Below are positions 6,752 to 14,721 of a DNA stretch of 38,617 nt, piece by piece (positions within the stretch are counted from its first letter, which is position 1; every line of letters begins with the position of its first letter). This stretch comes from a virus, in the IMG/VR virus record IMGVR_UViG_3300033997_000170, positions 1-38,617 of that record; one strand, 5' to 3'. The notes beneath the pieces are model-generated. The model made no database searches. It saw only the letters and a program-made list of their open reading frames with translations, and had not been told where the DNA came from. A program made the translations under genes and the position numbers.

Positions 6752-7771
6752 TTACTCCTGGCGCCCGTCGGGATAGGACGCCTCGATGGTGCAGCGGTAG
6801 CTCTGCTGGCGGGATCCGCTGGCGGTCACCTTGTCGATCGACCAGGTGCCGCGCATGAAGCTGGGCCAGCTGTCGTCGAGCTCGAGCAGCCCCTCGGCAC
6901 CGAAAGCCGGGTTGCCCGGGCAGTCGATCCGCAGCTTCGCCGCCTCGCGCTTCGTCTTGCGGTGCTCGCCCTCGGCCGCGGCCTTCGCCTCGGCTTCGTC
7001 CTGGTAGCGCTGGCGCACCGTCTTGAAGGGCGCCTCGCCCACCTCCACCACGCATTCCTTGCCGGCGCTGCCGTCCCACCAGGTTGTCTTGCAGCCCTTG
7101 AAGCGGATCCGGCTATCCTGGTCGATGCTCGCCGCGATGAACGCGCGATCGCCCGGCCTGTTGTCCTTCGTCACCGAGAGGGTGACCGGGGGCAGCGGCT
7201 TGCCGCTCAGCGACTTGACCTGGCCGCGGCGGGCCAGCACATACAGGTCGTTGACCGGCTTCGTCACGGCGTCGTAACGCCGCGCGAGGCGCGTCAGAAA
7301 GCCCATGTCCGTTTCGTTCGACTGGTCGACGTGAACGATCGGGATCGCGTCCAGCTCGGCCGCCACGCGCGGCGAGAAGCCGTGCTTGGTGGTCAGCTGG
7401 CGGAAGATCTGGCCGAGCGTCGTCATGGCGTAGCTGGCCGAGCGGCGGGCCTTGAAGCCCGTCTCGTCCTTCACCTTGAACGGCGCCGCGGTGGCCACGA
7501 TCAGCAGCAGGGCCGGGAACAGCTGGGGCGTGGTGCGCGTGACGACGAACTCGCCCTTGTCGACCAGCCCCGTTTCCTTGTAGCCCACGCGCAGGCCGAT
7601 CTTGCCGTCGACGCTGGGCAGCCCCTCGAGGCCTTCGATGTTCACCGTCAGCTTGAGGGTGTCCGATTCGATGCCCGCCGCGTCGACGTGCTCCCAATCG
7701 ACCAGGCGCGCGTTAATCAGCGCCGCGTTGGCGCCGTAGATCTCCACCGCCGGGGTGTATCCGATGGCCAT
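6752..7771 (-). CDS. Tail protein D (P2 gpD late-control/tail family)
   Basis: Length, position at the end of the tail cluster, sequence character, and a GAGGAGGG SD. Confidence 0.85.
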   Translation of the reverse strand: MAIGYTPAVEIYGANAALINARLVDWEHVDAAGIESDTLKLTVNIEGLEGLPSVDGKIGLRVGYKETGLVDKGEFVVTRTTPQLFPALLLIVATAAPFKVKDETGFKARRSASYAMTTLGQIFRQLTTKHGFSPRVAAELDAIPIVHVDQSNETDMGFLTRLARRYDAVTKPVNDLYVLARRGQVKSLSGKPLPPVTLSVTKDNRPGDRAFIAASIDQDSRIRFKGCKTTWWDGSAGKECVVEVGEAPFKTVRQRYQDEAEAKAAAEGEHRKTKREAAKLRIDCPGNPAFGAEGLLELDDSWPSFMRGTWSIDKVTASGSRQQSYRCTIEASYPDGRQE

Positions 7772-7780
7772 GTACCCTCC

Positions 7781-7993
7781 TCAGTCCCAGGCAGTGATCG
7801 GCGCCGCCTGGGCCGGCTTGCTGGCCAGCTCGGGCAGGTTGACCCAGAGGCCGGACGGCAGGGCCGCGCCGTGCTCGGCCAGCCCCGGGTTGACCAGCCA
7901 GAAGGCCTCCTCGGCCTCGTCGTCGGAGCGTCCCAGCTCCCGGTAAAGCAGCACGTTTGCCGAGTCTCCGGCGATGGTTCTAACCCGTCGCAT
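7781..7993 (-). CDS. Tail protein X (P2 gpX-like)
   Basis: 70 aa. NPGLAEHGAALPSGLWVNLPEL resembles P2 X NPGLAELGAVLPHGTAVELP. Confidence 0.85.
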   Translation of the reverse strand: MRRVRTIAGDSANVLLYRELGRSDDEAEEAFWLVNPGLAEHGAALPSGLWVNLPELASKPAQAAPITAWD

Positions 7994-8369
7994 TGACGAA
8001 CTCCTGCAGCTCGAGCGTCCACGACAGCAGCGTGGCGGTGCCGTCGTCGATCACCCGCTCCTGGTCTTCGTTGACGGCGTCGATTCGCCAGCGGCCCCAC
8101 ACCCGGCCGATTCCGTCGACCAGGGTGTAGGGCTGGCGGGCGTCGGCCATGGCGCGCAGCTCGTCGAGCTTGGCCATGCCGGCGCCCAGCTGGGCCTTGC
8201 CGCTCAGGCGCAGGGACTCCAGGCCCTGGCCGGTGTTGTGCGACATCGGCTTGCTGCTGATGATGTCCAGGTCTACCCAGCCGCCCGTGGTCTTGCGCGA
8301 AAGGCGCTCATACGGGAAGCCGGTCGCGAGCCCGAAAACGAACTCGCCCAGCGCCATCTGCTGTCGCAT
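7980..8369 (-). CDS. Tail protein U (P2 gpU-like)
   Basis: 129 aa, MALGEFVFGL start region, stop-start overlap with the tape measure gene. Confidence 0.8.
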   Translation of the reverse strand: MRQQMALGEFVFGLATGFPYERLSRKTTGGWVDLDIISSKPMSHNTGQGLESLRLSGKAQLGAGMAKLDELRAMADARQPYTLVDGIGRVWGRWRIDAVNEDQERVIDDGTATLLSWTLELQEFVNATG

Positions 8370-10927
8370 CAGTCACTCCCATCGGTCAGCGCCGCCCCGC
8401 GCCGCACGGCGAGCGGGTCGGCCATCATCAGCGGCACGAACTCGCCGCGCATTTTCGCCATCACCTGGTTGGCCAGCGCCTCGCTGGTGGCCTGGTCGGC
8501 ACCGTTGACTTGGATCTGGGGCGCGAAGTTGATCTGCCGGTTGTCGGCATTGGTCACCGCCGCCGCGACCTCGTCGGGGCTGCGCAGGCGATCGACCGCG
8601 GATCCTGCCATGCCGCCAAGGGCGCCGCCGGCTTCGCTGCCCAGCCAGGCGCCCAGGGCGCCGCCGAGGATCCCGCCGATAGCGGTACCGATCACCGGCA
8701 CCACAGAGCCCAGCGCCGCGCCTGCAGCAGCGCCGGCCCACATGCCGCCCATGCCGCCCGCGGTCGAGCCGATCGACTCGCCGTAGTCCTCGCCGGTCGA
8801 TTCGTCATCCATCACCACCTGGGCGAGATCCACCGCGCCGGCCGCCAGCATCAGCGCGCCGCCGCCCTTCATGCCCAGGCCGCGACCGAGGCGCCCACCG
8901 CGGCCACCTCGACCGCCGCGACCACCCCGCCCGCCCAGGTCACCGACCCCGCCGCCAGCGCCCAGGCGGGCCATGGCAGCGTTCAGGCGCATGACCGCGC
9001 CGTCGGCCGTCACCGCCGTGCGGGCGGTGGTGGCGTCGAGCTTGGCCCGGGCCAGCCCGGCCTTGTTGAAGGCCTGGCCGACCAGCAGGCCGGCGAACTT
9101 GAGGCCGAGCGCACCGACCTTCATAGCCGCCAGCGCGCCGCCAGCCACCGCAATGGCCGCCGTCACGTTGGGGAAGGTCTCAGCCGCCCAGCTCAGGCCG
9201 TCGACCAGGGCGCCCAGGGGCACCAGGACGGCGTCCAGGGCCGGCAGCATGGCGGTGCCGACCAGGGTCGAGAGTCGCGTCAGCTTGGCCACGAATCCGT
9301 TCCAGCCAGCGCGCGAGGTGCTGGCCACGCCCTCGGCCTCTTTCATCATCGAGCCGGCGCGGTCGGCGCCGTTGGCCACCGCCGCGAAGGCCCGGTCGAC
9401 CTCCTCGAGGTTGGCCAGCAGCGGCATGATGGCGCCGATTGATTCGGAGCCGAACAGCTGGGTGGCCAGCGCGTTCTGCTCCTCCTCGGGCTGTTGCTTG
9501 AGCGCCTGCAGCACCGAGCGGATCGTCTCCGGCGCGTTCTGCTGCATGCCCCTGGCCAGCTCCTCGGGATCGAAGCCCAGGGCGTCCCAGGTCTCGCGCT
9601 GGCCCTTGGTGGCGGCGCCGCCCTTGGTCAGGGCGCCGAGGAAGTTCTTAAAGCCGGTACCGGCGATTTCCTTCTCGGTGCCCGGGTTGAGGAACGCCGT
9701 CGACAGGGCCGCGCTCTGCTCAGGGCTCAGGCCCGAGGCGCTACCGATGGCGCCGTAGCGCTTGACCACCGCCGCAATGTCGGCCGGGGTGGCGTTGAAC
9801 TGGTTCCCCAGGTGGTTGGTGGCGTTGGCCAGGTCGAGCGTGCCGGCGCGGTCGAGCTTCATCGAGGCCCGCCAGCCGGCCATGGTCTCGCCGGCCGTCT
9901 GGGCGTCGATGTCGAACGCCGCGCCCATGATCGCCGCGTCGCGGGTGAACTCCATCACCGCCCGCTGCTTGCCCTCGCTGGTCTTCTCGTCGCCGCCGAT
10001 GTTGGACTGGCCCGCGGCGTACTGGATCTTGGCGAGATCCACCGCGGTGATACCGGCCGAGGAGATCAGCCGGTCGCTGGCCATGCGCAGGTTCTCCTGC
10101 GCCATCGCCTCGCGCTGGCCCTCCTCAAAGTTGATGACCTTGGCCACGTCGGCCATGGCCACCTCGAGGTTCATCGCCTGGTCTACCGGCTTGGCGGCCA
10201 GGTAGCCGATGGCGGCGGTCTCCAGCATCTGCCCGCGCAGATCCGCGCGAGCGCCCCGATTCGCGTCGATACGCCCCTGGGCGCTGCTCACGGCCTCGAG
10301 CCGTGCGCGCTGCGCCTGCAGGGCCGCGTTGGCCTGTTCCGTGGCCGTCTCGAGGCGCTTCTGCTCGGCTGCCAGCTGGCTGGTGTCCACGCCGGCCTTG
10401 GTCAGCTCGGCCTGCAGGCCCTTGAGCTGATTCCGCTCGGCCCGCTGCGCCGCTTCCAGGGTGCGCAGGCTGGCGGTGTTCTTGTCCTGGGCGTTGTCCA
10501 GGCGCTTGACCTCGGCCGTGGCGCTGGCCAGCTCGCGGCCGAGCCGGTTCTGCTCGACGCGCGCAGCCTTGACCTGGGCCGTGCTGGCCGCCTCGGCGCC
10601 TTCCAGCGCCTTGAGCGTTGCCGCGGCCTGCCCATATTCCTGCTCGAGGCGCGCCACCGTGGCGGTGGCGGCCTGGTGCGTCTTGGCCAGGCTGGCCTGC
10701 TCGACCCTGGCCGCCTGCAGGGCGGCCTTGGTCTTGTCGAGCTTCTCGGTCAGCTTGGTGTAGCCGTCGGCCGAGCGGGCGGCGCGGTTGAGCTTGTCGA
10801 GCTCGGCGCGCTGGCCCTTGATCTCGTCCTGCAGCTGCTCGGCTTTCTTCGAGAAGTCGCCGAACGTCTTCGAGTAGGCGTCCACGGCGGCCAGCCGCAG
10901 CGAGTACTTCGACTTGGTGTCAGCCAT
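8369..10927 (-). CDS. Tail tape measure protein (852 aa)
   Basis: Size, coiled-coil N-terminus, Gly-rich hydrophobic C-terminal part, and position downstream of the E/E' chaperones. Confidence 0.9.
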   Translation of the reverse strand: MADTKSKYSLRLAAVDAYSKTFGDFSKKAEQLQDEIKGQRAELDKLNRAARSADGYTKLTEKLDKTKAALQAARVEQASLAKTHQAATATVARLEQEYGQAAATLKALEGAEAASTAQVKAARVEQNRLGRELASATAEVKRLDNAQDKNTASLRTLEAAQRAERNQLKGLQAELTKAGVDTSQLAAEQKRLETATEQANAALQAQRARLEAVSSAQGRIDANRGARADLRGQMLETAAIGYLAAKPVDQAMNLEVAMADVAKVINFEEGQREAMAQENLRMASDRLISSAGITAVDLAKIQYAAGQSNIGGDEKTSEGKQRAVMEFTRDAAIMGAAFDIDAQTAGETMAGWRASMKLDRAGTLDLANATNHLGNQFNATPADIAAVVKRYGAIGSASGLSPEQSAALSTAFLNPGTEKEIAGTGFKNFLGALTKGGAATKGQRETWDALGFDPEELARGMQQNAPETIRSVLQALKQQPEEEQNALATQLFGSESIGAIMPLLANLEEVDRAFAAVANGADRAGSMMKEAEGVASTSRAGWNGFVAKLTRLSTLVGTAMLPALDAVLVPLGALVDGLSWAAETFPNVTAAIAVAGGALAAMKVGALGLKFAGLLVGQAFNKAGLARAKLDATTARTAVTADGAVMRLNAAMARLGAGGGVGDLGGRGGRGGRGGRGGRLGRGLGMKGGGALMLAAGAVDLAQVVMDDESTGEDYGESIGSTAGGMGGMWAGAAAGAALGSVVPVIGTAIGGILGGALGAWLGSEAGGALGGMAGSAVDRLRSPDEVAAAVTNADNRQINFAPQIQVNGADQATSEALANQVMAKMRGEFVPLMMADPLAVRRGAALTDGSD

Positions 10928-10930
10928 GCC

Positions 10931-11622
10931 CTACCCCTTTTGCTTCGCGCCCAGGCGCGCCATGGCCAGCTCGTAGCGGCGCAGCCCTTTGCCGGCATCC
11001 CACTCCAGAATCTCCGCCTCGCTCACGTGGTAAACGAGGGGCACGACATCGAGGATCACTTCGATGTCGCGTTCGGAAAGTAGTCCGCCGGTTTGTTCAA
11101 AAAAGCGTGCAGGCGCTCCTGCAGCTGCGTCCAATCGGGCAGGCTCAGCCGCACGATTTCCACTGTCGACAGGCCGGTGCAGTGCGCGCTGATGAAGTCC
11201 GCGCGCTCGGCGTCGGTCTTGAGCTTGCGCATGACCTTGGTCGCCTTCATCGCCGGCACCTGCAGGGCGAGGCGGTCGACCGTGCGGCCGATCGCCTTGA
11301 TCGGCACCAGGAGCTCGACGTCGTCGGGATCCTCGGGCTTGCGGCCCAGGAAGTAGCTGGCCGGGAGGTTGACGTACTCGTGCATGCGCTTGACCAGGCT
11401 CACGTAGTCGGGGCGCTTGATCTGCTCGAGCACCGACAGCGACAGGCCGGTGGCGGCCAGCAGCAGGGCCTCGAACTGGTCGTCTTCGTCGTCGCCGACG
11501 GTGGCCAGGGCGGCGCGGTGCTCCTCGACAGTCAGGGCGCGCAGCTCGATGCTGGTCAGGGTCTCGCCGCCCTCGGTGGCGACAGGCCAGCGCAGCGGAT
11601 GCGGTTCGGGTTTCCAGGTCAT
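10931..11622 (-). CDS. Tail assembly chaperone frameshift product (gpE+E'-like) made by -1 slippage at 11098-11104
   Basis: The -1 frame continues as FFEQTGGLLSERDIEVILDVVPLVYHVSEAEILEWDAGKGLRRYELAMARLGAKQKG, which resembles the P2 GpE C-terminal motif (FHWPPSEL...L.EL..W). Confidence 0.7.
11056..11622 (-). CDS. Tail assembly chaperone (P2 gpE-like, 188 aa)
   Basis: Starts MTWKPEPHPL (ATG 11620-11622), lies upstream of the tape measure gene, and contains the slippery site near its 3' end. Confidence 0.75.
   Translation of the reverse strand: MTWKPEPHPLRWPVATEGGETLTSIELRALTVEEHRAALATVGDDEDDQFEALLLAATGLSLSVLEQIKRPDYVSLVKRMHEYVNLPASYFLGRKPEDPDDVELLVPIKAIGRTVDRLALQVPAMKATKVMRKLKTDAERADFISAHCTGLSTVEIVRLSLPDWTQLQERLHAFLNKPADYFPNATSK
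11098..11104 (-). other. Programmed -1 ribosomal frameshift heptamer T TTT TTG
   Basis: The zero-frame codons GCT TTT TTG fit the X XXY YYZ pattern. The heptamer is identical to the P2 E/E+E' one. Confidence 0.7.
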
Positions 11623-11640
11623 TGCGGGGATTCCTTGCAG

Positions 11641-11667
11641 ACACGAAAAGCCGCCCGTAGGCGGCTT
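11641..11667 (-). terminator. Stem-loop with U-tail after the tail tube gene (AAGCCGCC/GGCGGCTT + TTTTCGTG)
   Basis: Read on the minus strand. It lies between the tube and chaperone genes and is probably a partial terminator. Confidence 0.5.
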
Positions 11668-11684
11668 GGTTCGAGGGTTGAGGG

Positions 11685-12191
11685 TTACACCATCAGGGCC
11701 AGGCGGCGGGCGCCCTTGAGCAGATCCACGCCGTTGACCACCACCTTCTGGGTGCGGGTGTCGATGTCGATCACCGGCACGCCCATCTCCAGGCGGGTGT
11801 AGGTGCGCAGGGCGATTTCCAGCACGGTGACCGGCTTGTCGCCCATCTTGAGGGTCTTCTCCTCGAGCTTTTTCAGCTTGCCGCCCTGCACGTGGTAGGT
11901 GAACCACTCGTTGCCGTCCTGGTCTTCGCCGGCCTCCTGCACGGTCAGCAGCACCTCGTCGCCGCCGCTGACGCCCAGGGCCGCCATGATCGGCAGGCCG
12001 ACGCCCTGCAGCGTCAGCTTGCCGGTCAGGGCCTTCATGCCGGTGGCCATCTCCTCGGGGATGTAGCGCCCGCCGCGCATCTCCTCCATGTCGAACTCGA
12101 TCACCGGGGGATCGTAGTCGTCGATGGTCGCGTTAAGCGGCAGGCCTTGCAGGGTTGCGGTGATGATCTGCCGCACTCGGTTGGTAAGCAT
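11685..12191 (-). CDS. Major tail tube protein (P2 gpFII-like)
   Basis: 168 aa, immediately downstream of the sheath gene with overlapping stop and start. Confidence 0.85.
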   Translation of the reverse strand: MLTNRVRQIITATLQGLPLNATIDDYDPPVIEFDMEEMRGGRYIPEEMATGMKALTGKLTLQGVGLPIMAALGVSGGDEVLLTVQEAGEDQDGNEWFTYHVQGGKLKKLEEKTLKMGDKPVTVLEIALRTYTRLEMGVPVIDIDTRTQKVVVNGVDLLKGARRLALMV

Positions 12192-13357
12192 CAGAGAACG
12201 TCCTCCAGAAACTCTTCGATGATCGCGTCAGACGCATTGAGCTGGTAAATCATGTGCTCGTTGGGCGCGTAGCGGCCGTAGTCGATGCACAGGTACCAGG
12301 TGCCGTTCTTGTACTTCTCGACGCTGTTCAGCTCGGGATGCAGGTACACCTTGCCGCCCGGGATGGTCTCGTCCGCCACCAGGGTCTGAATCCAGTCGTT
12401 GATCCGCTTGACCTCCTGCTCCATGAAGGTCTTGGTCAGGTTCTTGGCCATGACCTTCTGGGCCGCCTTCACCAGCTTGCGGGTGATCGCGTCCTCGAGG
12501 CCCACGTAGCTGATGAACTTGCCGGTGATCGAGCGGTTGCCCAGCAGCGAGAAGCCGCCCAGGGTGGTGCGGGCGTAGTAGCTGACGCCGTAGCGGTTGA
12601 GCAGGTCGCCCTCGGTCGACTTGTCGAGGATGTTGTACTCGACGGAACGCGAGACGTCGGCCGCGTAGGTCACCTGGTTGCCCGGGCTCTCCCACTGCTT
12701 GACCGCGGCCATGGCGGCAATGGCCAGGCTCGAGGGCGGCAGGAACACGTTGGCCTTGGCCGCCTTGGAGTAGACCGCCGGCATCTGGTGAACCATGTAG
12801 CAGCGGTCGTAGCCCAGCTCGGCGCCGCCGATTGCCTGGCTGTTGACCACCTGGCCGGCCACGTCGGTGTCCAGGCCGTCGAAGACCACCCGCGCACGGA
12901 TCCGCTTGCCCAGGCTGGCCAGCTCGCTATGCACCGCCTGGGCGTCAGAGAAGCCCGGGGCGCCGATGATGGTCGGCACCTCGGCGCACAGCGCCAGGGC
13001 GCCGAGGCCGGTCACCTGGCCCGACGTCGCGTCGACGCCGCCGATCACGTTGTTAAGGGTGTCGGCCGGGGTGGCGCCCTCCTCGACCACGATCACATAG
13101 ACCGGCACCTTCACCACTTTCAGGATCTGGTGGACGGTGTGATACAGCGAGCCGGCCTCGGTGCCGGTCGGATCCAGCAGCGCGGCCAGGGTGAAGCTGT
13201 TGATGCGGAACGGGGCGTTGCGCGGCACGCTGGCGTCAGCCTTGGGCGCGGTACCGACCAGGCCCACGACGTTGTCGCCAAGGCCGCCCATGGCCTCCGG
13301 GGATTCGGTCGTCTCGACGGAGACGCCGTTGTGCTCGAAATTGGTTACCTCGGCCAT
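12191..13357 (-). CDS. Contractile tail sheath protein (P2 gpFI-like)
   Basis: 388 aa, typical sheath sequence character and position. Confidence 0.9.
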   Translation of the reverse strand: MAEVTNFEHNGVSVETTESPEAMGGLGDNVVGLVGTAPKADASVPRNAPFRINSFTLAALLDPTGTEAGSLYHTVHQILKVVKVPVYVIVVEEGATPADTLNNVIGGVDATSGQVTGLGALALCAEVPTIIGAPGFSDAQAVHSELASLGKRIRARVVFDGLDTDVAGQVVNSQAIGGAELGYDRCYMVHQMPAVYSKAAKANVFLPPSSLAIAAMAAVKQWESPGNQVTYAADVSRSVEYNILDKSTEGDLLNRYGVSYYARTTLGGFSLLGNRSITGKFISYVGLEDAITRKLVKAAQKVMAKNLTKTFMEQEVKRINDWIQTLVADETIPGGKVYLHPELNSVEKYKNGTWYLCIDYGRYAPNEHMIYQLNASDAIIEEFLEDVL

Positions 13358-13359
13358 GG

Positions 13360-13560
13360 TCAGTCCTTAGCGGTGGTTTTCTTGGTGGTAGCCGGCGCGG
13401 CCTGTTCGGCCTCGAGCTCGGCGGTCAGCTTGATGCGGCCGGCCTGGCGCAGGGCCAGGGCCTCGACCTCGAGCAGGTCGACCTTGTCGCCCTTGCGCGT
13501 CCAGTGGCCGCCGCCCTTGGGGTAGGGCACGAGCACGGTGTAGTTCTTGCGGTCTGCCAT
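13360..13560 (-). CDS. Small hypothetical virion-associated protein (66 aa)
   Basis: Starts at MADRKNYTVL with an AGGAGA SD. The longer start at 13635 was rejected. Confidence 0.5.
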   Translation of the reverse strand: MADRKNYTVLVPYPKGGGHWTRKGDKVDLLEVEALALRQAGRIKLTAELEAEQAAPATTKKTTAKD

Positions 13561-13586
13561 GGTGGCGTTCTCCTGTACGGCGCGGC

Positions 13587-14264
13587 TCAGCCGATCGCCT
13601 TGATGGGGTTGATCTCGAACGTGAAGCCCTTCCACTCGCGGGTCGGGTCGGCCTGGTAGTCCTCGAGCCAGTCGGACGGCTCAGGCTTGAAGCCCAGCTG
13701 CACCACCAGGGCGCGGCTGGCACTCCACTGCCAGACCCAATACAGCCCGTAGAAGCGCCACAGCAGGCCCGCACGAGCCATCAGGAAGCGCACGCCGCCC
13801 TTGCCCGGGTCGTCTTCGACCTCCTCGCGGCCCCACCAGGTACAGGCGGTGCGCGTCACCGGGCAGCCGAACAGCCGCGTGAAGCGCAGGTTGTTGGCCG
13901 GGTTGCGGAAGGCGAGCCAGACCAGCATGGAAAACCAGTGGTAGGCGCCGAGGCCGAACGGGGCGTTGGTGTGCCACCAGCCGCGGCGATCGCCCAGGGC
14001 GCCGTCGCGGTCGTTGCTCCAGGGCCAGGCCCAGCGCGGCAGCGTCACCAGGTACCAGGTACCGGCGGCCTGGCTGAAACGCTGGGCGGTGTCGGCGTGG
14101 CGAGTGCGGAACGGCAGGGCCAGCGGCACCACGATGAAGCCAGCCAGGATGAAGGCCACGCGCAACGGCAGGAGCACCGCCAGCTGCAGCACGAACAGCA
14201 CCAGGTGGAACGGCAAAAGCCAGGCACGCCAGCCAGCGGCCGGCGCTCGAGCAAGAGTCGACAT
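13587..14264 (-). CDS. Trp-rich integral membrane protein (225 aa), a moron-like insertion
   Basis: Two N-terminal TM helices and many Trp residues. It has its own GAGGA SD and is preceded by hairpins at 14265-14352. Confidence 0.65.
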   Translation of the reverse strand: MSTLARAPAAGWRAWLLPFHLVLFVLQLAVLLPLRVAFILAGFIVVPLALPFRTRHADTAQRFSQAAGTWYLVTLPRWAWPWSNDRDGALGDRRGWWHTNAPFGLGAYHWFSMLVWLAFRNPANNLRFTRLFGCPVTRTACTWWGREEVEDDPGKGGVRFLMARAGLLWRFYGLYWVWQWSASRALVVQLGFKPEPSDWLEDYQADPTREWKGFTFEINPIKAIG

Positions 14265-14352
14265 AGAAGATCCTCAGATGCGAGAACGCCCCGGATCGCG
14301 GGGCGCGTGAAAGGTGCGACCAGGAACGAAAACGCCTCGACAGTGCGGGGCG

Positions 14353-14712
14353 TTATTGGGCCTGCTCGGCGATCCAGGGCGGCGCCACCGGGCGCTGCTC
14401 AAGGGCAGGGAAGTCCGGCGACTGCGGCCAGTCGCGCAGCGCCTGCAGGTAGACCAGCAGCTCGGCGAACTGCTCAGCGGTCAGCGTGGTGGGACGGACA
14501 AGCTCCAGCTGGTCACGGTGCCGCTCACGTAGCCAGGCCACCCCGGATAGCTCCCCGTCACGCCAAGCACGCTCTCCGGCGGCAGCCTGAACAGGGCTGA
14601 CATACAAAAGCTCGGGACTGCCAGGGGGCAAATACTCTTCAGCGAAGCCCGGCTGCAGGTTGGCGAATTGACCGACGATCTCGCCCCCGGCATTGCGTTG
14701 AATGAATGGCAT
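14353..14712 (-). CDS. Tail fibre assembly chaperone (P2 gpG-like)
   Basis: 119 aa, directly downstream of the tail fibre gene. Confidence 0.75.
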   Translation of the reverse strand: MPFIQRNAGGEIVGQFANLQPGFAEEYLPPGSPELLYVSPVQAAAGERAWRDGELSGVAWLRERHRDQLELVRPTTLTAEQFAELLVYLQALRDWPQSPDFPALEQRPVAPPWIAEQAQ

Positions 14713-14721
14713 ATCTGCTCC

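Noticed and set aside
6703-6753. Hairpin GGCACCAGG/CCTGGTGCC followed by T7, between gpD and com
   Set aside because: The T-run follows the stem only on the plus strand, while both flanking genes are on the minus strand. The loop is 22 nt and the T-run overlaps the gpD stop codon. I cannot assign it as a terminator for any known transcript. It might block antisense transcription or stabilise the 3' end of the tail mRNA.
8871-8960. Reiterated GGTCGCGGCGG-type DNA repeat (encodes GGRGGRGGRGGRGGR)
   Set aside because: It lies inside the tape measure ORF and in frame. It is a low-complexity Gly-Arg segment of the protein, not a CRISPR array or a regulatory tandem repeat.
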